Of a stretch of DNA of 32,000 bases, positions 16,592 to 23,374 are shown in pieces. Below the pieces are notes generated by a model. The model saw only the letters and a program-made list of their open reading frames with translations. It was not told the origin of the DNA and ran no database searches. How positions within the stretch are numbered: position 1 is the stretch's first letter; every line of letters begins with the position of its first letter. Source of the stretch: Parcubacteria group bacterium GW2011_GWB1_45_10. Its GTDB lineage: Bacteria; Patescibacteriota; Minisyncoccia; UBA6257; Brennerbacteraceae. The position numbers and the translations under genes were made by a program. The stretch spans positions 1 to 32,000 of the forward strand of contig LCKC01000003.1 of the NCBI GenBank assembly GCA_001001185.1. The letters run 5' to 3'.

Positions 16592-17160
16592 GAAGACAAA
16601 AGCAACCAGCAATTATTCTGGACCGAGACGGGGTTTTAATTGATCGGCCCCTTTTGACGTGGCGGAAGAGTCAAATGAAACTTTCCAAAGGTATTGCCGG
16701 AGAAATAAAATTTTTCAATGAGAAAAAAGTTCCGGTTATCGTTATTACCAATCAGTCGGTCGTGGCGAGAGGGTTAATTTCCGAAAAAGGGGTGGTTAAC
16801 TTACATGAACTTTTAAATAAAAGATTGAAAAAAAGCGGCGCTCACGTAGATAAATTTTATTTTTGTCCACATCATCCGAGTGCCAACCTGAAACGTTATC
16901 GAGTTATTTGTCAATGTCGAAAACCGAAAATAGGTCTTTTCAAAAAAGCCGCCAAAGAATTAAATCTTAATTTAAGAAAGAGCGTCACTATCGGCGATAT
17001 GACGCAGGATATTTTAGCCGGCAAGCGAGCTAAAACCACAACTATTTTAATTGAAAGCGGTCGCGGCGGTCGGGATTATAAATTTAATACCAAACCGGAT
17101 TACAAAGTGAAGAACGTTATTAAAGCGTTGCGTCTTGCAAGGCGTTTGATCAAACGTTAA
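16585..17160 (+). CDS. gmhB: HAD-IIIA D,D-heptose-1,7-bisphosphate phosphatase
   Basis: AIILDRDGVL nucleophile motif and a Zn-finger-like insert CPHHPS...CQCRKPKIGLF typical of GmhB; SD AAGGA. Confidence 0.8.
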   Translation: MARRQKQPAIILDRDGVLIDRPLLTWRKSQMKLSKGIAGEIKFFNEKKVPVIVITNQSVVARGLISEKGVVNLHELLNKRLKKSGAHVDKFYFCPHHPSANLKRYRVICQCRKPKIGLFKKAAKELNLNLRKSVTIGDMTQDILAGKRAKTTTILIESGRGGRDYKFNTKPDYKVKNVIKALRLARRLIKR

Positions 17161-17182
17161 GACCTCCGGGGAGGAGATCTTA
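17158..17182. repeat. Degenerate copy of the GGAGGTC/GACCTCC palindromic element forming a bulged hairpin that spans both convergent stop codons
   Basis: GACCTCCGGGGA (17161-17172) is identical to 1809-1820. TAAGA/TCTTA and CCTC/GAGG arms pair around a 3-nt bulge. No U-tract. Confidence 0.45.
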
Positions 17183-17734
17183 CGCTTGCTTGAGGTAGTC
17201 GAGGATGCGGGAGAGGCAGGTTTCGAGTGGCTCGGTGGTGTCCACTCGCAGGTGGGGGACGACGAGCGGCTCAAATCGCTCCTTCACCCGAAGGTAGTCG
17301 TCGATCGTCGTCGCGGCCGAAGGATCGTTGCCGTTTCTTCGGGATTCGGCCCGTTCTCTTACGACGCTTAGGGTTTTCTCGTCCGGTATTTCCAAGAGGA
17401 TAGTTCTTGTCTTGATGCCGTATCTCCCCGGCAAGTCCACCAGAACTTCCTGTTGGTAATCCTGTCTTGAGAATGTTCCTTCGACAATTAACGACTCACC
17501 GAGAGTGAGAAGCCTTTCGACTACGCCGGCCATTGCCGGATAAGCTCGGCTCAGTTGGAAATCGTCGAGTTCACGGTTTCCGACATACATTCTTGATGGC
17601 CCGAAAAGCAGGGGTCGTAATCTGTCCACGGCCACGAAAGGGATTCCAAGAATTTCTCGGAGACGATCGCCGATTGTGGTTTTGCCGGTGAACTGGCAGC
17701 CGCAAAGAGCGACGAGTATCTGCGTCTGCGGCAT
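17180..17734 (-). CDS. P-loop NTPase, small-molecule or nucleotide kinase-like (AAA_33-like) protein
   Basis: Walker A GCQFTGKTT immediately after the start. Start set at the ATG at 17734, which has SD GGAGGTG 5 nt upstream. A promoter lies inside the longer ORF-track version. High GC. Confidence 0.65.
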   Translation of the reverse strand: MPQTQILVALCGCQFTGKTTIGDRLREILGIPFVAVDRLRPLLFGPSRMYVGNRELDDFQLSRAYPAMAGVVERLLTLGESLIVEGTFSRQDYQQEVLVDLPGRYGIKTRTILLEIPDEKTLSVVRERAESRRNGNDPSAATTIDDYLRVKERFEPLVVPHLRVDTTEPLETCLSRILDYLKQA

Positions 17735-17786
17735 GCGCCACCTCCTGTAGATTATCAATCGGTTTAAGGCCCGATAGCTGTTCTCG

Positions 17787-17815
17787 ATAGTAAGAATAAC
17801 TCCAACTATTGTCAA
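17787..17815 (-). promoter_or_regulatory. Sigma70-like promoter TTGACA-17-TACTAT for the P-loop gene
   Basis: Minus strand reads TTGACA ATAGTTGGAGTTATTCT TACTAT, about 52 nt upstream of the ATG at 17734. Confidence 0.45.
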
Positions 17816-17897
17816 GTAGCTTTTATTCTGTTATTTTTAATTCTGGAAACTCGACAATCTACTAGAGACACAAACCAGAAAACAGGGGAGAGCGAGA

Positions 17898-19607
17898 ATG
17901 AAAATCCTCATGGTTTACCTGCGGCCGTCGCCGGTTTCGCCGCAGAAGAATTCCGCGCTCTCCGTGATTTATCCGGGGAGGGCGGCGGAGGAAGCCGGGC
18001 ACGATGTGGATTACTGGGATGCGCGCTTGGACAGCGAGAAGAAGTTGTGGTTTCTCACCGAGTGGGCCGACGTCGTGGCGATAAGCTCGCTCTCCGGTTT
18101 TCAGCTTGGAGAGTCAATTCGTTTCGCCCGCCGGGTAAGGGAATTGTATCCCAATAAACCCCTTGTTTGGGGCGGGGTGCATCCGACGTTCCAGCCCGTT
18201 CAGTCGCTCCGGGAACCCTTCGTTGACTTCTGCGTTATCGGTGAAGGCGAGAAGCGGTTTCCACGCCTCCTCGAAGTAATTGAGGGGGGTCGCGGGTTTC
18301 GATGTATTGATGGCTTGGGCTACAAAAGGACAAGCATCGGGTACGAACCGAGTCCGGAAGAAGAAGAGGTTTTCACGGACCCGGAGGCGCACCCCGGCGG
18401 TCTCGTGCTCCGGCCGATTCCCGGCCGCGAAGGCATGGACCGAATCGAGCTTCACGACGCGATGGGCGTTTTCGGCGACATTGCCGTGAACCCCCGCGGT
18501 CCGCTTCTTGACTTTGCGACCGAGTACGTTTCGGCGGTTTCGGAGAGAACGCTTCGTCTTTTCCGGGCGGCGGCGAAACGCAACGAGGTCATCTTCCAGG
18601 CCTCCCGCGGGTGTAACTGGACGCCGACCTCCTGCGAATTCTGTTCGGTCGGCGGCCAGTACACGGAGCAAGTGCCGGATCCGCGGACGGGCGAAGTAAA
18701 AACCCGGTCGCGGTACCGGTTCATTCCGTTCGAGCTTTGGTCGAAGGATTTAGGTGAGATCTACGACGCCGAACCTTTCGACTTCGTTGAGCTCGAAGAC
18801 GAGAATTCTTCGCATTTCGTGAGGGATTGGCGGTACGCCGAGTTCTTGCGAGAGCGGGGAGTGAAGTATCACCTTCACCTGCGGTCAGATCAGCTTCAAG
18901 ATGAGGAGGTTGTTTCCAAGCTCGCCGCGACGGGCTGTATCCGGATCCACATCGGCGCCGAGTCCGGGAACGAAGAGACACTTCGGACGATGCGGAAGAA
19001 CGAATCCGTCGCGGATCACTACAAGGCCGCGCGGGTGCTCGCCGAGTACGGTATCGAAGGAGTTTACACCTGGATTATCGGCAACCCCGGCGAGAAACCT
19101 CCCGAGATAATGGATACGCTTCGCGTCTCGGACGAGGTTCGGGCGCTCCATCCGCTAGGCAAGAGCCGGGCGACCATCTATGTGCTCATGCCGCTCCCGG
19201 GCACCATCGCTTTCAACCGGGCGGAGAAAGAGGGCTGGCCGTTGCCGACGACGATGGAGGGGTGGACGGATATGTCGGCGGCCTACAATCCGACCCTGCC
19301 CAAGTGGATGAACAACATCTACTTCATCGCCGGCTTTCATCACAATCGTCACCACAAAACGCCGCAGAATTTCCCCGGTTGGTGGCGGCTCCTCATTCTG
19401 CCTTTCGAGGTCGTGATGGAGTGGCGGTGGCGTCAGGGGATCAGAACGGCGAATATCGCCTACTTCAGCTGGTTTGACCTGGAATACTGGTGCATCGCCA
19501 AGCTCTTGTCTTGGCGAAGCCAGCGTTCCGTCGGACAGACGTCTCAAGGGCGTAGTCAGGTGCCCAAGCTTTTGGAACGGCTGATGCCGGGCCTGGCCGG
19601 GCACTAG
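17898..19607 (+). CDS. B12-binding-domain radical SAM enzyme (class B-like)
   Basis: 569 aa. N-terminal Rossmann-like B12-type domain (VVAISSLSG, WGGVHPTF, CVIGEGE), then SRGCNWTPTSCEFCSV and a TIM-barrel-type core (IRIHIGAESGN). SD GGGGAGAG. High GC. Confidence 0.75.
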   Translation: MKILMVYLRPSPVSPQKNSALSVIYPGRAAEEAGHDVDYWDARLDSEKKLWFLTEWADVVAISSLSGFQLGESIRFARRVRELYPNKPLVWGGVHPTFQPVQSLREPFVDFCVIGEGEKRFPRLLEVIEGGRGFRCIDGLGYKRTSIGYEPSPEEEEVFTDPEAHPGGLVLRPIPGREGMDRIELHDAMGVFGDIAVNPRGPLLDFATEYVSAVSERTLRLFRAAAKRNEVIFQASRGCNWTPTSCEFCSVGGQYTEQVPDPRTGEVKTRSRYRFIPFELWSKDLGEIYDAEPFDFVELEDENSSHFVRDWRYAEFLRERGVKYHLHLRSDQLQDEEVVSKLAATGCIRIHIGAESGNEETLRTMRKNESVADHYKAARVLAEYGIEGVYTWIIGNPGEKPPEIMDTLRVSDEVRALHPLGKSRATIYVLMPLPGTIAFNRAEKEGWPLPTTMEGWTDMSAAYNPTLPKWMNNIYFIAGFHHNRHHKTPQNFPGWWRLLILPFEVVMEWRWRQGIRTANIAYFSWFDLEYWCIAKLLSWRSQRSVGQTSQGRSQVPKLLERLMPGLAGH

Positions 19608-19620
19608 CAAGTAGCAAGAG

Positions 19621-19669
19621 ACAGCACTCTCGTGAGAGGGTGCTGTTTTGCTTTATTTGTAAAGCAAAA
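19621..19669 (+). terminator. Tandem intrinsic terminator hairpins after the radical SAM gene
   Basis: Hairpin 1: ACAGCACTCTC-GTGA-GAGGGTGCTGT (19621-19646, 11 bp including 1 G-U) followed by a T-run. Hairpin 2: TTTTGCTTTA-TTTG-TAAAGCAAAA (19646-19669, perfect 10 bp). Confidence 0.7.
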
Positions 19670-19748
19670 ATTACTCTAAAATATCTGATCTTCCAAATCT
19701 TTGAAATTGATGCTAAATTATAAATAATAACTGAATACGCCTAACCCT

Positions 19749-19754
19749 TATAGT
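19749..19754 (+). promoter_or_regulatory. -10-like box TATAGT, 6 nt upstream of the uORF ATG at 19761
   Basis: TATAGT TTTTCT ATG, preceded by an A/T-rich tract. The -35 is weak. The spacing matches the other leaderless-type promoters in the window. Confidence 0.3.
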
Positions 19755-19760
19755 TTTTCT

Positions 19761-19820
19761 ATGAGATATGGCAACAAAACCCACTACAGGACAGACAGCT
19801 CGTCATCAGAGCACCTGTAG
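19761..19820 (+). CDS. Candidate 19-codon leader peptide (MRYGNKTHYRTDSSSSEHL)
   Basis: ATG at 19761 to TAG at 19818-19820. It reads through the 5' repeat copy and stops inside the inverted copy, and contains four consecutive Ser codons. Purely predicted. Confidence 0.3.
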   Translation: MRYGNKTHYRTDSSSSEHL

Positions 19821-19924
19821 TGGGTCATATCCCGAAAGGGGTATGGGTAGTCGAAAGATTATCGCTGGTGGCGGGCTTTGTGTTTATCTGCCGCCAGAAG
19901 CATAAATAAAAACCCACTACAGGC
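19776..19924 (+). promoter_or_regulatory. Structured cis-regulatory leader RNA (unclassified riboswitch or attenuator-like) upstream of the methyltransferase block
   Basis: 15-nt perfect direct repeat (19776-19790 and 19909-19923) plus its 12-nt exact inverted copy (19814-19825). Three contiguous hairpins follow, two with GAAA loops. G-U pairs occur only on the + strand. Confidence 0.6.
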
Positions 19925-20656
19925 ATGCTTAAGAAGATACTAAAAACTGTATTAAGTGCTATATATAGATTACTTTTAAGACCATCTATAAGGTATGTTT
20001 TTCCAATAACCGTTGATAGATATCCTTTATTGGGATATGGAGACAGGGAAAAGATATTTTTCTATGCAATGGAGTTTGCAGCAGGCGGGGAAAAACTTGG
20101 CGGCGATTACTTAGAATTTGGTGTTGGTAACGGCGGCAGTTTTATTATTGCTTTTCATTTTGCGAAAAAACTCGAGAAGTTGAATTCAATGAAATTTTAC
20201 GCCTTTGATTCTTTTCGGGGGCTGCCAGAGCCTAAAGAAATTGATTTAGAAGAAAAGATTTTTAAAAAAGGAGAATATATGTGTTCAGAAGACGAGTTTT
20301 TAGAAAATATAAGAAAAAACGGGGTTGATTTAAATAGGGTAATTACTGTCCCCGGCTGGTATAAGGAGGTTCTAAATAAAGAAACTAAAGATAAACTTCA
20401 AATTCAGCGAGCAGCAGTTGTTTTTATCGACTGCGATCTTTACGAATCGGCTAATCTTGTTTTAAATTTTATAACTGATTATCTTGTGGATGGCTCTGTT
20501 CTTATATTTGATGATTGGTTTTGTTTTCGAGGGAATTCTAACAAGGGCGAACAAAAAGCTTTTGGAGAGTGGCTTAGAAAAAATCCAGAGATAAAGGTGT
20601 CAGAATTCTATAAATTTAGCTGGCATGGTAATTCATTTATTATTCATAAGGACTAG
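19925..20656 (+). CDS. TylF/MycF-family (macrocin-O-methyltransferase-like) SAM-dependent sugar O-methyltransferase
   Basis: 243 aa with YLEFGVGNGGS, FDSFRGLPEP and FIDCDLYESA, hallmarks of the TylF family. Low GC. Confidence 0.75.
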   Translation: MLKKILKTVLSAIYRLLLRPSIRYVFPITVDRYPLLGYGDREKIFFYAMEFAAGGEKLGGDYLEFGVGNGGSFIIAFHFAKKLEKLNSMKFYAFDSFRGLPEPKEIDLEEKIFKKGEYMCSEDEFLENIRKNGVDLNRVITVPGWYKEVLNKETKDKLQIQRAAVVFIDCDLYESANLVLNFITDYLVDGSVLIFDDWFCFRGNSNKGEQKAFGEWLRKNPEIKVSEFYKFSWHGNSFIIHKD

Positions 20657-20726
20657 GTCTTAAAGATATTTTATATAACTTTTTACTCCTCTTTATTTTT
20701 TGTTGTTGTGCTATTATTGTGATTAA

Positions 20727-21758
20727 ATGACGCGATGCAATATTTGTGGTAACGAAAATACCAAAAAAATGTATAGTGATCACGTCGGTTACATAGAAAA
20801 TGATGTTTACGATATTTACGGATGTGATAGTTGTGATGCTCAATTTGTTTCACCGTTGAAAGTCGATCCAAAATTATATGATATTATCTATTCGGATAGG
20901 ACTAATGAGATAGGACCTGCAGGATACGGTCAGCACTTAATTCAAGCTAAAAAAATTTCAAATCACGATAAGCCATTAGAGTTTTTAATAGAGACAGACA
21001 TCAATTATTCAGTTGTCGGGGATTATCTTAAAGACAAGAAAAATCTGGATATTCTGGAAGTGGGCGCTGGTTATGGATATTTAACTTACGCTCTGAAAAA
21101 ATTAAATCATAATTCATTCGGTATCGATATTTCTCGCGTGACGATTGATTATGCGCTCCAAACTTTTGGACCAAATTACAAATGCGCAGATTTAGAATCT
21201 TTTATCGGAAGCATAGGCAATAACCGGAAATTTGATCTTATCATAGCTATAGAGCTGGTTGAGCATCTTTCTAACCCAGAAAAGTTCATTAAAAATTGTT
21301 TTTCAATCCTTAAACCGAACGGTAGAGTGTTAATTACCACCCCTAATAAAGGTTATTATCGAAAAGGTAGTATTTGGATTTCTGATTTGCCGCCCGTTCA
21401 TCTGTTTTGGTTGAGCCCAAAAACCTTTAACTATATTGCGGAAGAAAATGGTTTAAACTTGAAATATTTCGACCTAGCTTCTCATATATTAAAACATGAC
21501 AAAATTAACCTTCTCATCAACTATTTGCGCAGTAGAGAAAAGATCAGAATAAGGCCGCATGTTTTTAAAGCATCTGGAGAACTCAATTTAGAAAATCATA
21601 ATTCTTTAAACCAACCGTCGTTGTTGAAGAAGCTTGTGCGCTTTATACTTGTTGATATAGCTCCAATAAGAATATTGTCTAATTTTCTTTATCGTAAAAT
21701 TATAAATCCAAAATTTCCAAATACCTCAACGCAAGCTTTATTATTATGGAGAGGATAA
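20727..21758 (+). CDS. Class I SAM-dependent methyltransferase with an N-terminal CxxC...CxxC zinc-ribbon
   Basis: CNICGN...CDSCDA at the N-terminus, motif I ILEVGAGYG, then LIIAIELVEHL and LKPNGRVLITTPN. Confidence 0.75.
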   Translation: MTRCNICGNENTKKMYSDHVGYIENDVYDIYGCDSCDAQFVSPLKVDPKLYDIIYSDRTNEIGPAGYGQHLIQAKKISNHDKPLEFLIETDINYSVVGDYLKDKKNLDILEVGAGYGYLTYALKKLNHNSFGIDISRVTIDYALQTFGPNYKCADLESFIGSIGNNRKFDLIIAIELVEHLSNPEKFIKNCFSILKPNGRVLITTPNKGYYRKGSIWISDLPPVHLFWLSPKTFNYIAEENGLNLKYFDLASHILKHDKINLLINYLRSREKIRIRPHVFKASGELNLENHNSLNQPSLLKKLVRFILVDIAPIRILSNFLYRKIINPKFPNTSTQALLLWRG

Positions 21759-21761
21759 ATT

Positions 21762-22430
21762 ATGTTGGAATTTTTAAGAAAGCATAAAAAGCTCGTATAC
21801 TTATTCCTCCCCACACTCCGGATTTCCAGTGTGGGCTGGATTAGTACCATGATTGAACTTCGTAGGCAGTTTAATAAATTAAAGCCCGGCATCGTGTTAG
21901 ATATCGGCGGCGGAGACGCGCCCTACAAAAAATTTGTACCACACACAAAGTACATGACCTTAGATGTTGACAAATCTAGTAATCCCGATATTTTATCTGA
22001 CGCCCATAATATTCAATGGCAATCAAATTATTTTGATACCATTATTTCAATTGAAACACTGGAACATCTTCGCGAACCGCAAAAATCCATTAATGAAATT
22101 TATAGGTTACTGAAGCCGGGAGGGGTCTGTGTGCTCTCTACGAGGTTTTTACATCCTTATCATCCGGGACCAGAGGATCATTATAGATTTACGTGGGATT
22201 CTTTAAGACATCTTTTTAGAAAATTTGATAATATTGAAATTTATCATGTTGGAAACAGATTACAATTATTCCATCAGTTTATAAACTTTGTAGATAGTGA
22301 GAATTTTTTAAAACAATTTATTACGACAGGAATGGCAATTTTTTTGAACATATTAAATCCTATTTTTGCAAGAATTCGCTTTAAAAAGACTAAATTCCCC
22401 TTAGGTTTTGTAGTATATGCAAGAAAATAA
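21762..22430 (+). CDS. Class I SAM-dependent methyltransferase (Methyltransf_11-like)
   Basis: VLDIGGGDAPY motif I, then IISIETLEHL and LKPGGVCVLS. Confidence 0.75.
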   Translation: MLEFLRKHKKLVYLFLPTLRISSVGWISTMIELRRQFNKLKPGIVLDIGGGDAPYKKFVPHTKYMTLDVDKSSNPDILSDAHNIQWQSNYFDTIISIETLEHLREPQKSINEIYRLLKPGGVCVLSTRFLHPYHPGPEDHYRFTWDSLRHLFRKFDNIEIYHVGNRLQLFHQFINFVDSENFLKQFITTGMAIFLNILNPIFARIRFKKTKFPLGFVVYARK

Positions 22431-23364
22431 ATACAAAAATTCTAAAGCAACTATTATTGTAAATACTTATAACCGTTCTAAAATTTTAGCCGAACGTTCT
22501 TTGCCGAGTGCTCTAAATCAAACTTATAAGAATTTTGATGTTATTATTGTTGACGATTGTTCAAAAGACGACACTGAAGAAATAGTTAAAGAATTTCAAA
22601 AGAAATATTCCGACCTTAGATATATAAAACAAAAAGGAAATAAAGGATTAGCTGCTTCAAGGAATACCGGCGCAAGAAAAGCAAGAGGAGAGTATGTTGT
22701 TTGTTTGGACGATGATGACGCTCTAGACCAAAAATTTTTAGAAATTACCGTTCCAGTTTTAGATAGATTACCAAAAGACTTTGGTGGCGTTGGTTGTGGT
22801 AGAAAAATCATTTATCCGGAGGCTGAAATTTATTCTCCGCCAGCGCATGCAAATCAACTTTACATTTCAATAGACGACGGCTTCCTTTTAAGGAAAAGCA
22901 TATTTTCCAAAATTAATTATGACGAGAATTTAAGATGGAGCGAAGATGCTGATTTCGGTATTCAGTTTTTCAAAAATTTTAAAATACACATGATAGATAA
23001 ACCATTATTACTGAAATACGGTCATAAAATAGAGGCATCTAAGAAAACCGATTATTTCTCTTTCAGCTTTCCTTCAGAACAAGTTCTTGTTGATATGCAA
23101 AAGTATATTGATAAAAACTTGCCATTTTTTTATGAACGGCGAGACAAAAAAGAAATTGCTTATATTTATCGTATGGCCGGGAGAAATTATTGTTGGGGTG
23201 GGCATATGTTTAAAGGAATTTCTTTTTTATGGCGAGCGTGCGTTACAAGACCAGTCCCCAGAAATATTTTGAATCTTTTGATGGCTCTCTGCGGTCCTTT
23301 TATTTATCGCTATTATTTAGCATTTGAAACAAGGATGATACGTCTTATACGTTCTCGGCTTTAA
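22417..23364 (+). CDS. Family 2 glycosyltransferase
   Basis: ATIIVNTYNRSK...IIVDDCSKDDT...CLDDDDA (DxD). 14-nt overlap with the upstream gene. Confidence 0.85.
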   Translation: MQENKYKNSKATIIVNTYNRSKILAERSLPSALNQTYKNFDVIIVDDCSKDDTEEIVKEFQKKYSDLRYIKQKGNKGLAASRNTGARKARGEYVVCLDDDDALDQKFLEITVPVLDRLPKDFGGVGCGRKIIYPEAEIYSPPAHANQLYISIDDGFLLRKSIFSKINYDENLRWSEDADFGIQFFKNFKIHMIDKPLLLKYGHKIEASKKTDYFSFSFPSEQVLVDMQKYIDKNLPFFYERRDKKEIAYIYRMAGRNYCWGGHMFKGISFLWRACVTRPVPRNILNLLMALCGPFIYRYYLAFETRMIRLIRSRL

Positions 23365-23374
23365 TACTTAGATA

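Noticed and set aside
18114-19610. Several minus-strand ORFs (18114-18671, 18452-18724, 18721-18981, 19155-19610) opposite the radical SAM gene
   Set aside because: They are Arg/Pro-rich translations typical of antisense frames in high-GC coding DNA, with no start signals.
19814-19923. Reading the inverted 12-nt repeats as the ends of an invertible DNA switch (phase-variable promoter upstream of glycan genes, as in Bacteroides)
   Set aside because: There is no recombinase gene in the window, and the 86-bp intervening segment has no convincing promoter. The internal helices contain G-U pairs that only make sense as sense-strand RNA. I still list it as an alternative that read-orientation analysis of metagenomic reads could test.
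21810-21835. 8-bp hairpin CCCACACT-N10-AGTGTGGG near the 5' end of the methyltransferase gene 21762-22430
   Set aside because: It is a single occurrence with no U-tract and is in frame in the coding sequence. An alternative start at 21849 would leave only 15 aa before motif I. It is possibly a translational pause element, but the evidence is insufficient.
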